This document shows positions 26,906 to 35,839 of a stretch of DNA of 64,000 bases, one piece after another; the first letter of the stretch is position 1, and each line of letters opens with the position of its first letter. The notes below the pieces were generated by a model. That model was given only the letters and a program-made list of their open reading frames with translations, had not been told where the DNA came from and did not search any database. The stretch lies in NCBI GenBank assembly GCA_044225365.1, contig JBGAIQ010000001.1, forward strand, positions 96,001 through 160,000, read 5' to 3'. Source of the stretch: Planctomycetota bacterium (GTDB lineage Bacteria; Planctomycetota; B15-G4; JADJEK01). The translations under genes were made by a program, and so were the position numbers.

Positions 26906-27832
26906 ATGTCGTTCTGCCCGAGTTGCCGCCAGGAATACGAGTCCTTTGCCACGGAGTGCCCCGATTGCGAGGTCAAGCTCGTCGCCGAACTTCCCTCGAA
27001 CGATCGCCGCGCGCCCACGACGGCAGGGTTCTTCGTCACCGATGAGCGACTGCGCGATCACGTGATCGCGATGCTTCGCTCGGCGGGAGTGAAGGCCGAG
27101 GGATCGACCGCGGCGAGCCATGGCATTCGGACGGCAGGCTTCGTCATCGAAGTCCCGACGGCGTATGCCCAAGGCGTGGCGTCGGCACTCGGAAACGATC
27201 CCAACCTCGAGGAGATCGAGACGCCTCCGAGCGACCGCTTGCCGCTCGTCGGTGCCTACAAGATCTCGCCGCGCCGCGCCCCCGACGATGCGATCCACGA
27301 GTCGGCCCTGCTCAAGGATCCGGTGCCGATCCTGGTGCGGCGGGGGGAGGAGATCGTTCCGGAGCTCTCTGAACTGGTTCGGCGGGGCGATCCGAAGCTG
27401 CGGGAAGCGGCGCTGGGCGTCGTCTACGCTCTGGGCGCGCGCGGGCGCAAGCTGCTGAACGAACTCCTGCTCCCGCTCGCTCGGGAGAAGCGATCCGAGG
27501 CACTCTTCGCCGCGGCGAAGATCCTGCGCGACATGCGAGCCACGGCAGAGGAGTGGGAGGCCCTGTTCGCCCTGGCGAACGATGCGAAGGCGTCGATCGA
27601 CTCCCGTTGCCTCGCTCTCCACGTTCTCGGCCGCACCGAGATGCTCCCGTTCGGAGTGCGCCTCCTTCCGCTCCTCGACGACGCCGACGAACTGATTCGG
27701 GAGGCGGCCGACGAGGCCATCTGTACGCTCGCGGACGACGACATGGGATTCGAGCCGGAGATGCAGCCGGCGGCGCGCGCGCCGGTCGTCGAGAAGTGGC
27801 GGAAGCACTTCCAGCGCCGCGGAGTCCGGTGA
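26906..27832 (+). CDS. Zinc-ribbon + HEAT-repeat protein
   Basis: FCPSC..EY…CPDC…LV..L; HEAT repeats in the C-terminal half. Confidence 0.78.
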   Translation: MSFCPSCRQEYESFATECPDCEVKLVAELPSNDRRAPTTAGFFVTDERLRDHVIAMLRSAGVKAEGSTAASHGIRTAGFVIEVPTAYAQGVASALGNDPNLEEIETPPSDRLPLVGAYKISPRRAPDDAIHESALLKDPVPILVRRGEEIVPELSELVRRGDPKLREAALGVVYALGARGRKLLNELLLPLAREKRSEALFAAAKILRDMRATAEEWEALFALANDAKASIDSRCLALHVLGRTEMLPFGVRLLPLLDDADELIREAADEAICTLADDDMGFEPEMQPAARAPVVEKWRKHFQRRGVR

Positions 27833-28025
27833 CGGACCTGGCGGTAGCGAGTCGCTGCGTTCCGTCGCAGCGAGCCGCACACTTTGTCCGGTGAGCGAAG
27901 GATCGCTTGTCGCTGGCGGCGGAGTTTGATAGAAAGTCCCGTTTCGAAAACAGCTTCGGTGCGAGCCGTCGGCGAATGCCGCCGCTTGGTCGCGTCGCAG
28001 CGCTGACGCACGCCCCGAGTCGCTC

Positions 28026-29474
28026 TTGTTCGATTCCATCACGCAAAGCCTGCAGAATGTATTCTCGCGCTTCTCGCGTAGCGGGAAGCTCAGCGAGGAC
28101 AACATTCATGAAGGCCTGAGGGAGATCCGGCAGGCGCTGCTCGAAGCCGACGTGAACTTCAAGGTCGCGAAGGACCTGATCCAACAGGTCACTGACCGCG
28201 CCGTCGGGCAGAAAGTAATCGAGTCGGTTCGGCCCGATCAGCAGATCGTCAAGATCTTCCACGACGTGCTCGCCGAATTCATGGCGGGTGGGGGACCGCT
28301 CGCTCTCGTCGGCAGCGGTCCGATCGTGATCATGCTCTGCGGCCTCCAGGGCTCGGGCAAGACGACCACCGCGGGCAAGCTCGCGAATCTGATCCGTCGC
28401 AAGGGCCGGCATCCGATGCTCGTCGCCGCGGACCTGCAACGTCCCGCGGCCGTCGAGCAGCTCACCGTGCTCGGCAAGCAGCTCGACGTTCCCGTCTACA
28501 AGGCCACCGGGAAATCGCCTCCCGATGTCTGCGTCGAAGGTGTTCAGTTCGCGAAGGCGAACGGACGCGACGTGGTGATCCTCGACACCGCAGGGCGCCT
28601 CCACATCGACGAACCGCTGATGGCGGAACTCTCCGAGGTGAAGGCCCGCGTCAAGCCGCACCATATCCTGCTCGTCACCGATGCGATGACCGGTCAGGAC
28701 GCGGTGAACTCCGCGAAGGCATTCCACGATCGACTCGGCATCGATGGCGTGATCCTGACGAAGCTGGATGGCGACACTCGAGGTGGTGCCGCGATCTCGA
28801 TCAAGGCCGTCACCGGCGCGGCGATCCGCTACATCGGCGTCGGCGAGAAGCTCGACAACCTCGAGGAGTTCCACGCCGATCGTCTCGCTTCGCGCATCCT
28901 GGGCATGGGGGACGTCGTCTCGCTCGTCGAGCGCGCGCAGTCCGTCATCGAGGAGAAGCAGGCCGAGGCGGCCGTCGTCAAGCTGCTGCAGGACGAGTTC
29001 ACGTTCGAGGACTTCCTGTTCCAGTTGCGAGCGATGAAGAAGCTCGGTCCATTGAAGGACGTCCTCGGCATGATGCCGGGTGGCCTCGGGGCGCAACTGA
29101 AGGACGTGCCGATCCACGACAAGATGCTGGATCACGTCGAGGCGATGATCTGTTCGATGACGCGCGAAGAGCGTCTGCGGCCGGACGTGCTCGATGGGTC
29201 GCGGCGACGACGGATCGCTCGCGGTTCGGGGCGCACGGTCGAAGACGTGAACCAGCTCCTGAAGCAGTATCAGGGCATGCGCACGATGATGAAGCAACTG
29301 AAGAGCGGCGGCATGTTCGGTCGGCTCGCGGCGAAGATGATGCCGGGCGGCGGCGGAGCGCTCAAGGACTACAAGGCTTCCCAGGTCGAAGCGCTGCGCG
29401 CGAAGGGCAAGCTCGATCAGAAGCGCAAGAAGATGGAACGACAAGCGCGCAAAGCGAATCGCAAGCGGCGCTGA
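28026..29474 (+). CDS. ffh: Signal recognition particle protein
   Basis: ALLEADV, GLQGSGKTT, DTAGR, TKLDGD.RGG, RILGMGD, SMT.EER. Confidence 0.97.
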   Translation: MFDSITQSLQNVFSRFSRSGKLSEDNIHEGLREIRQALLEADVNFKVAKDLIQQVTDRAVGQKVIESVRPDQQIVKIFHDVLAEFMAGGGPLALVGSGPIVIMLCGLQGSGKTTTAGKLANLIRRKGRHPMLVAADLQRPAAVEQLTVLGKQLDVPVYKATGKSPPDVCVEGVQFAKANGRDVVILDTAGRLHIDEPLMAELSEVKARVKPHHILLVTDAMTGQDAVNSAKAFHDRLGIDGVILTKLDGDTRGGAAISIKAVTGAAIRYIGVGEKLDNLEEFHADRLASRILGMGDVVSLVERAQSVIEEKQAEAAVVKLLQDEFTFEDFLFQLRAMKKLGPLKDVLGMMPGGLGAQLKDVPIHDKMLDHVEAMICSMTREERLRPDVLDGSRRRRIARGSGRTVEDVNQLLKQYQGMRTMMKQLKSGGMFGRLAAKMMPGGGGALKDYKASQVEALRAKGKLDQKRKKMERQARKANRKRR

Positions 29475-29522
29475 TGGATCGCACGGACAACCTCAAACTC
29501 AACTTTCACACGGAGTGATGCA

Positions 29523-29798
29523 ATGGCAGTTCGAATTCGACTGAAGCGGATGGGACGCAAGAATCGGCCGTTCTGGCGAATCTGCGTGTTCGACGCACGC
29601 GTCCGCCGCGACGGCGAGACGATCGAGGACCTCGGCTTCTACGACACGCTCGCGAACGACCCGGCGAAGGTCATGAAGATCAACGCCGAGCGCGCGAAGT
29701 ACTGGCTCTCCGTCGGTGCGAAGCCGACCGAGATCGTGCGCCAGATCCTCAAGAAGTCGGGTGTGACGAAGACGGCGGCGGCGAAGGTCGACGCATGA
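29523..29798 (+). CDS. rpsP: 30S ribosomal protein S16
   Basis: MAVRIRLKRMG.KNRPF.RI…RDG..IE.LG.Y. Confidence 0.97.
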   Translation: MAVRIRLKRMGRKNRPFWRICVFDARVRRDGETIEDLGFYDTLANDPAKVMKINAERAKYWLSVGAKPTEIVRQILKKSGVTKTAAAKVDA

Positions 29799-30448
29799 CG
29801 CCAAAAGCAACGGGAGCGGGCGGCAAGGATATTCCTCCGGGCGGCCCGAAGAAGCTGAAGAACCACCTCGACCGACTCGAGAAGGAGTACGGCTCGGTGG
29901 AGCTTCTCGAGGGCAAGCCGGCGCTCGAACAAGCCGTCTTCCTGATCCTTCGCGAGGGCAGCAATACGCGCAAGGCGCAGCGTGCTCTCAAGATCCTGGA
30001 GCAGGAATACGTCGAGTGGAACGAACTTCGCGTCGCAACGCCGAAGGAGATCGTCGCAGTCCTTGCGGAGGTCGGCCTCAACGACGTCGACGACAAGATC
30101 TCGCGGCTGCTCGCGTTGCTCTCGCGTCTGTTCTACGACTTCCACAAGAAGGACCTCGAGTTCGTGAAGATCTTCGAAGCGCCTCAGCGCCAGAAGATCA
30201 TGAACTCGCTGTCGCCGCTCGGTCCGCACATCACGAACGTGATGCTGCAGTATTTCGAGGACGTCTCGCTCGAGCCGCAAGGGCTGATCGTCACGCAAGA
30301 GGAAGTGAACGCTCTCGTTCGCCTCGGAGTGATGCGGAAGACGTCGAGCCTCAACGTGGCGCGCAAGCTCGCCGAGAAGCTCGTGCCGAAGGCAGAATGG
30401 AATCGGTTCCACTTCCTCATCCAGCGCGAAGACGAAGCCTCGGCGTGA
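29795..30448 (+). CDS. Degenerate endonuclease III / HhH-GPD-like protein
   Basis: LEQ.VF.IL, Y.EWNELRVA…EI, R.G resemble the HhH-GPD N-terminal region; no Cys cluster. Confidence 0.6.
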   Translation: MTPKATGAGGKDIPPGGPKKLKNHLDRLEKEYGSVELLEGKPALEQAVFLILREGSNTRKAQRALKILEQEYVEWNELRVATPKEIVAVLAEVGLNDVDDKISRLLALLSRLFYDFHKKDLEFVKIFEAPQRQKIMNSLSPLGPHITNVMLQYFEDVSLEPQGLIVTQEEVNALVRLGVMRKTSSLNVARKLAEKLVPKAEWNRFHFLIQREDEASA

Positions 30449-30470
30449 TCCACGATCCGCGGGAACGGTG

Positions 30471-31085
30471 ATGACGAGTCCGGCGTTGCGCTGCGATCTG
30501 CCTCTCGTTCTCGCGTCCGCATCGCCACGCCGTTCGTCGTTGCTCGAGTCGCGCGGCTACCGTTTCACGGTAAGGCCGAGCGAGGTCGACGAGACCCCGC
30601 CCGCGGGTCTCACGCCGCCCGCGATCGCCGAGACCCTAGCACTGCGCAAACTACGAGTCGTTGTGCCGAGCGTCGCCTCGGGCGTCGTGATCGCCGCGGA
30701 CACCATCGTCGTCGCGCGCGGGGACTTGCTCGGCAAGCCGCTCGACGCGGCCGACGCGCAGCGCATGCTGCGCACCTTGTCCGGCACGACCCATGACGTG
30801 ATCACGGGAGTCGCCCTCGGCTGGGCGCCGCGGGGACACGAGATCGTGGCGTCGAAGACGACCCGCGTGACGATGCGAGTGCTCACGGACGCCGAGATCG
30901 AAGGGTACATCGCTTCCGGTGAACCCTTCGGGAAGGCGGGGTCCTATGCGATCCAAGAGACGGGAGATCGGTTCGTGACGGCGATCGATGGGCCCTTCGA
31001 CAACGTCGTCGGCTTTCCGCTAGACCTGTTCGAGCGACTGCTCGCGGCGTTGCTTGTTACGATGCAGCCGGTGCGCGGCGAGTGA
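30471..31085 (+). CDS. maf: Maf-family nucleoside triphosphate pyrophosphatase
   Basis: LVLASASPRR, VDE, ADT.V, LGKP, LSG..H, GKAGSY.IQ, NVVGFP. Confidence 0.93.
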   Translation: MTSPALRCDLPLVLASASPRRSSLLESRGYRFTVRPSEVDETPPAGLTPPAIAETLALRKLRVVVPSVASGVVIAADTIVVARGDLLGKPLDAADAQRMLRTLSGTTHDVITGVALGWAPRGHEIVASKTTRVTMRVLTDAEIEGYIASGEPFGKAGSYAIQETGDRFVTAIDGPFDNVVGFPLDLFERLLAALLVTMQPVRGE

Positions 31086-31107
31086 CGCGCCGCGAGCGAG
31101 GACCGAG

Positions 31108-31707
31108 ATGAAGTGCGACTTCCTGCGAACGAGGAACTGCGGTTCGATCGCGTTGTTCCTGATCGGCATGGCGACCGTGGGTTGTTCGGTCAGCGCGTGC
31201 AGCGACAAGGCCGTCGGATACACCATCCCTGCGAATTGGCCGCGTCCCAAGTTCGAGACGGACAAGGCGTCGGTCGACGGTCACGAGGTCACGATCGAGA
31301 TCGCGGATACGACCGTGCTCCGGCGCTACGGCTACATGTTCGTGTCGCCAGGACCGAACGACGAGCAGGGGATGCTCTTCATCTATCCCGCGCCGATGGA
31401 TCTCACGTTCTGGATGCGGAACACGCGCGTGCCGCTCGATCTCCTCTTCCTCGACGAGGAAGGGACGATCGTGAACATCCATCGGGAGATGGTGCCTGGC
31501 AAGGAAGACGGCGACTATCGTGCGCTGAAGAAGTGTCGCTTCGCCCTCGAACTCCGAGGTGGCTGGTGCGATCGATATCACGTCTTCGCTGGCAAGAAGG
31601 TGGAGATTCCGGAAGCCGTACGCCGCCGCCCGGCGGAAGAGAACCTGCGGCTCGAGGACACTTCGGACGGGAACATCCCGAGCTTCCCCGTGGAACCGGG
31701 ACACTGA
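31108..31707 (+). CDS. DUF192-domain exported protein/lipoprotein
   Basis: EIADT, GMLF.Y, FWMRNT.VPLD.LF, ALEL.GG. Confidence 0.88.
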   Translation: MKCDFLRTRNCGSIALFLIGMATVGCSVSACSDKAVGYTIPANWPRPKFETDKASVDGHEVTIEIADTTVLRRYGYMFVSPGPNDEQGMLFIYPAPMDLTFWMRNTRVPLDLLFLDEEGTIVNIHREMVPGKEDGDYRALKKCRFALELRGGWCDRYHVFAGKKVEIPEAVRRRPAEENLRLEDTSDGNIPSFPVEPGH

Positions 31708-31726
31708 AGTAGCCTCCAGCGGGGAG

Positions 31727-31755
31727 TTGAGTCCGCGCCTGCGAGCGATTAGACT
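31727..31755 (+). promoter_or_regulatory. Sigma70-type promoter of rpmE-prfA-prmC
   Basis: TTGAGT-17 nt-TAGACT. Confidence 0.6.
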
Positions 31756-31842
31756 GTTTCCCTTTTCGCCACCCGCGCCGGAACGGTCGTTGCCGACAGG
31801 CCGAAGGCGGCAGTCACCCGCGGTAGCTGGGAGCCGATGGTC

Positions 31843-32052
31843 ATGCGAGCTGGAATCCACCCCGAATACGTCCGTTGCCAGGTCTCCTGCGGTTGCGGCA
31901 ACAAGTTCATCACCCGATCGACGAAGACCGAGATCCACGTCGAGATCTGCTCGGCTTGCCATCCGTTCTACACGGGCAAGCAGAAGTTCGTCGACACCGC
32001 GGGTCGCATCGAGAAGTTCCGCAACAAGTACGGAACCAAGGCCAGCTCCTGA
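31843..32052 (+). CDS. rpmE: 50S ribosomal protein L31 (Zn-binding type)
   Basis: [26 protein letters not shown]. Confidence 0.97.
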   Translation: MRAGIHPEYVRCQVSCGCGNKFITRSTKTEIHVEICSACHPFYTGKQKFVDTAGRIEKFRNKYGTKASS

Positions 32053-32099
32053 AGCGCCGTCCCCGATCCTCCTGACTTCAGGCACGGAGCCGACCCGTC

Positions 32100-33164
32100 A
32101 TGCTGGACAAACTGCGCCAGCTCGCGGCCCGCTTCGATGAGATCGAGGCGATGCTGGGGACGCCAGAGGTCGCGACCGACGCCGCACGCTCGCGCGCACT
32201 GATGCGCGAGCGGGGCGGCCTGCAGCGCACGGTCGAGGTCTTTCGCGAGTACGAGCGGGTGATCGCAACGCGCGACGAAGCGCGACAGATCCTCGTTTCG
32301 GGGAATGACCCGGAGTACGCCGCACTCGCACGCGAAGAACTCGCTCGCACCGAGGAGGCGGAAGCGCGCCTGCGCTCCGAGCTCGAGCGCCTCCTCGTCG
32401 ACGACGATCCGAACTCGCTGAAGGACGTCATCATGGAGATTCGCGCGGGCGTTGGCGGTGACGAAGCCTCGCTCTTCGCGGCGGATCTCTTTCGCATGTA
32501 CTCGAAGTGGGCGGAGCGTCACGGACTGCGTATCGAGGTGATGACCTCCAACGAGAGCGAAGTCGGCGGCCTCAAGGAGATCATCTTCTCCGTCAGCGGT
32601 GATCGACCCTACGATCGGCTGCGCTACGAGAGCGGCGGACATCGCATCCAGCGCGTACCGACGACCGAGACCCAGGGACGCATCCACACGTCGCTCGCCA
32701 CCGTCGCCGTGCTTCCCGAAGCGGAGGAGATCGAAGTCGCGGTGCGCGACGACGACATCAAGATCGACACTTTTCGTTCTGGCGGCCCCGGTGGGCAAAA
32801 CGTCAACAAGGTGTCGTCCGCGGTGCGACTCACGCATCTTCCCTCGGGACTCGTCGTGGTCTGTCAGGACGAAGCTTCTCAGCACAAGAATCGCGCGAAG
32901 GCGTTGCGCGTCCTTCGGGCGCGACTCTTCGAGATGGAAGATCGGAAGCGCCGTGAAGAGCGCGATGCGGCACGCCGTGGAATGGTGGGCTCGGGCGATC
33001 GAAGCGAGCGGATCCGGACCTACAACGTGCCGCAGAATCGCGTCACGGATCATCGAGCGAAGGAGAACTACAACTTCGACCGCGTGATCGACGGCGATCT
33101 CGACGCCTTGTTCCAAGACCTGAAGAAACAAGACATCGACGACCGCTTGAAGCGGTTGAAGTGA
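32100..33164 (+). CDS. prfA: Peptide chain release factor 1
   Basis: EIRAG.GGDEA, RVPTTE (PxT), GPGGQ, RTYN. Confidence 0.96.
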   Translation: MLDKLRQLAARFDEIEAMLGTPEVATDAARSRALMRERGGLQRTVEVFREYERVIATRDEARQILVSGNDPEYAALAREELARTEEAEARLRSELERLLVDDDPNSLKDVIMEIRAGVGGDEASLFAADLFRMYSKWAERHGLRIEVMTSNESEVGGLKEIIFSVSGDRPYDRLRYESGGHRIQRVPTTETQGRIHTSLATVAVLPEAEEIEVAVRDDDIKIDTFRSGGPGGQNVNKVSSAVRLTHLPSGLVVVCQDEASQHKNRAKALRVLRARLFEMEDRKRREERDAARRGMVGSGDRSERIRTYNVPQNRVTDHRAKENYNFDRVIDGDLDALFQDLKKQDIDDRLKRLK

Positions 33165-34072
33165 TCCTGGATCCTGCTGCTCGCATCGCGAGCCCGAGGA
33201 GTTCGTTGACCATCGAGACGATCGCAGAGTGTCTCGTCCGCGGCGAACGCGTTCTTCGCGACTCCGGCATCGACGAGCCGCGACTCGAAAGCGAACTCCT
33301 GCTCGCGCACTCGCTCTCGATCCCGCGAGTGCGATTGCACGTGGTGCGCGGCGACGCGATCGATCCCGCGAGCGCACGCCACTTCGCGATGCTGATCGAG
33401 CGTCGCTGCCAACGCGAACCTTCGGCCTATCTCCTCGGTCATCGTGAGTTCTACTCGCTCGACTTCCTCGTGGGTCCCGGAGTCCTGGTTCCGCGCCCGG
33501 ACACGGAGACGCTCGTCGATTCGGCTTTGCAGTTCTTGCGCTCGCGCAGTTCACACGAGCCGCCTCGGGTCATCGACGTGGGAACGGGCTCGGGAGCGAT
33601 CGCGATCGCGATTGCGGTGAATCTGCGAACGGCGCGCGTCGTGGCGCTCGATCGGTCGGTGGAGGCGTTGGACTACGCGCGCCGTAACGCGCAGAGGCTC
33701 GGTTGCGCCGATCGAGTTTGCTTCCTCGCGGCGGACCTGAACGATCTTTCCCAAGTGCTTCGAGGCGGTGGGGGCGATTTGCTCGTTTCGAACCCGCCGT
33801 ACGTCGCGGCGGATCAGGTGCGTGACGAGATCGCACACGAGCCTCGGTTGGCGCTCGTCTCGAACCTGGGTCCATTCCCCAAGGTCTACGAGCGACTCGT
33901 CGCGGCCGCGCGGGTCGTGCGTCCAGACGGCGGCTTCATGGTCGAGGTGGGATTAGGTCAAGCAGCCACGGTGGTTGCGCTCCTGCGCGAATCCGGGGAA
34001 TTCGAGCAGGTGGAGACCGTGCCGGATCTCGCCGGCATCGATCGCGTGGTGCGAGCGATCAAGAAATCCTGA
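33161..34072 (+). CDS. prmC: Release factor glutamine methyltransferase
   Basis: EP.AY..G..EF, PRPDTE, DVGTGSG, SNPPY. Confidence 0.95.
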   Translation: MILDPAARIASPRSSLTIETIAECLVRGERVLRDSGIDEPRLESELLLAHSLSIPRVRLHVVRGDAIDPASARHFAMLIERRCQREPSAYLLGHREFYSLDFLVGPGVLVPRPDTETLVDSALQFLRSRSSHEPPRVIDVGTGSGAIAIAIAVNLRTARVVALDRSVEALDYARRNAQRLGCADRVCFLAADLNDLSQVLRGGGGDLLVSNPPYVAADQVRDEIAHEPRLALVSNLGPFPKVYERLVAAARVVRPDGGFMVEVGLGQAATVVALLRESGEFEQVETVPDLAGIDRVVRAIKKS

Positions 34073-34122
34073 GTACCGAAGCGTGTGCAGTGCGTTGTAG
34101 GTGCGACGCCGCGGTCGGACCT

Positions 34123-34482
34123 TCAGCGCAAGCGGCTCTGGATGTAGTCGTGGAGAGCGAGCTTCGCTTCGTGAGGGATGCCGGTCATGAAGACGGCGAC
34201 TTCGTATCGCGCGGGCTGACTCTTCGGGACCTTTGCGCAACGAACGACTGCGCCTTGGATCTCGAACGCGATCTTCGGAACGCGCGTGCCTTGCGGCGGA
34301 AGTGCGAGGCGAAGTCCGACGAGCGTCATCTCCTTGACCGCTTTGTCGGTCTCGAGCAGGAGGCCCGACTCGCTCATGTTCTTGACGACGGCTTCGAGGC
34401 CGAACTCGTTCGTGGTGAGTCGCGCTCCGAGATCGGTTTCGATCCGCGGCTTGCTGCGTCGTTCCTTCACTCGCTCGACCAT
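34123..34482 (-). CDS. Single-domain PilZ protein
   Basis: ERRSKPR (RxxxR) and NMSESG (N/DxSxxG). Confidence 0.85.
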   Translation of the reverse strand: MVERVKERRSKPRIETDLGARLTTNEFGLEAVVKNMSESGLLLETDKAVKEMTLVGLRLALPPQGTRVPKIAFEIQGAVVRCAKVPKSQPARYEVAVFMTGIPHEAKLALHDYIQSRLR

Positions 34483-34661
34483 GGCGTTCTCCTTCGCATC
34501 GGCAGATCCCTGCCGAGTGGTGCCCGATTGAGGACGGATTCTCATCGGCACCGCAAGCGTTTCGACTTGAGCGAAAAACCCGGAGATTTGCGTCTCGAAG
34601 GCCGACTCACGGGATGTCGGATTCGAGGCTGGTTGTTAGAGTCAGAGACACGAGGTGATGC

Positions 34662-35147
34662 ATGGCCAATCTGAACAAAGTCCTCCTCATCGGCCGTCTG
34701 ACGCGGGATCCGCAGCAGCGGTTCATCCCGAGCGGACAGTCTGTCGTGAACATCGGCCTCGCCGTGAATCGCGTCTACAACGTGAACGGCGAGAAGCGCG
34801 AGGAAACGACGTTCGTCGACTGCGAAGCGTGGGGTCAGCAAGGCGACACGCTGATGAAATACATGAAGAAGGGCAACCCGCTCTTCGTGGAGGGTCGACT
34901 GAAGTTCGACAGTTGGCAGACGAAGGAAGGCGAGAAGCGCTCGACCTTGCGCGTCGTGATCGATCGCTTCCAGTTCCTCGGTTCGGGCGCGGGCGGGGGC
35001 GCCGGCGGCGGCGGGGGTGGCGGCTCGCGGGGCGGCGAGGACTTCGATCCCGCCGACTTCGGCGTCGAGGGCAACGCGGGCGGTGGGGCTCGCTCCGGCG
35101 AGGCTCCGGCGGGCCCAGCGGCGATGGAGTCCGACGTCCCGTTCTGA
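34662..35147 (+). CDS. ssb: Single-stranded DNA-binding protein
   Basis: NKVLLIG.LTRDP, KKG…VEGRL, Gly-rich linker, DVPF tail. Confidence 0.96.
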   Translation: MANLNKVLLIGRLTRDPQQRFIPSGQSVVNIGLAVNRVYNVNGEKREETTFVDCEAWGQQGDTLMKYMKKGNPLFVEGRLKFDSWQTKEGEKRSTLRVVIDRFQFLGSGAGGGAGGGGGGGSRGGEDFDPADFGVEGNAGGGARSGEAPAGPAAMESDVPF

Positions 35148-35167
35148 TCGGAACGAGCCCAAGTTCG

Positions 35168-35407
35168 ATGCTCGTACGTGTGCGATTGTTCGCCTCGCTT
35201 CGCGAGAAGCTCGGCCGCGCCGAACTTCCCTGCGAAGCTCCGGAGGGCGCGACCGTCGCCGACGTCCTCGAACGGCTCCGCTTCGAACACCCTGCGCTCG
35301 CCGCGTCCGTGCATTCGACCGCCGTGAATCGACAATACGCAAAGGCGGAGCAGGTCCTTCGAGAAGGCGACGAGATCGCACTCATTCCGCCCGTGAGCGG
35401 AGGGTGA
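35168..35407 (+). CDS. moaD: Molybdopterin synthase sulfur carrier
   Basis: V.LFA.LRE…AVN…GDEIA.IPPVSGG. Confidence 0.93.
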   Translation: MLVRVRLFASLREKLGRAELPCEAPEGATVADVLERLRFEHPALAASVHSTAVNRQYAKAEQVLREGDEIALIPPVSGG

Positions 35408-35411
35408 TGCG

Positions 35412-35822
35412 GTGATCGACATCGTCGACCATCCGATCGACGTCGAGAGTCTGACGTGCGGGCCCTTCCGCGGGGTCGAAGGCGGAGTCGTTTCCTTCAT
35501 CGGCACCGTTCGCGCTTCGACGCGCGGGCGCGAAGTGCTGCGCTTGCACTACGAGGCGTACCCGGAAATGGCACTCCTCGAGATCGAAGCGATCGTGAAC
35601 GAGGGCAAGCGACGCTTCGCCGTCGATTCGATCGACATCGTGCATCGAGTCGGCACCTTGCTTCCCGGGGACGTCGCGGTGGTGATCGTGGTGCGCGCGC
35701 CGCATCGTGGCGCTGCATTCGACGGGTGTCGCTTCGCGATCGACACGCTGAAGGAGACCGTGCCGATCTGGAAGAAGGAAGTGTTCCGCGATGGCGAGAT
35801 CTGGGTCGGCGACCGGCCCTGA
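35412..35822 (+). CDS. moaE: Molybdopterin synthase catalytic subunit
   Basis: F.G.VR, L.YEAY.EMA, HR.G.L, HR..AF, LK..VPIWKKE. Confidence 0.95.
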   Translation: MIDIVDHPIDVESLTCGPFRGVEGGVVSFIGTVRASTRGREVLRLHYEAYPEMALLEIEAIVNEGKRRFAVDSIDIVHRVGTLLPGDVAVVIVVRAPHRGAAFDGCRFAIDTLKETVPIWKKEVFRDGEIWVGDRP

Positions 35823-35839
35823 CCGTTCGCTGCCTGCGC

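Noticed and set aside
27840-27851. ops/JUMPstart element GGCGGTAG
   Set aside because: Lacks the nnTG tail and lies before ffh, not the polysaccharide operon; expected by chance at high GC.
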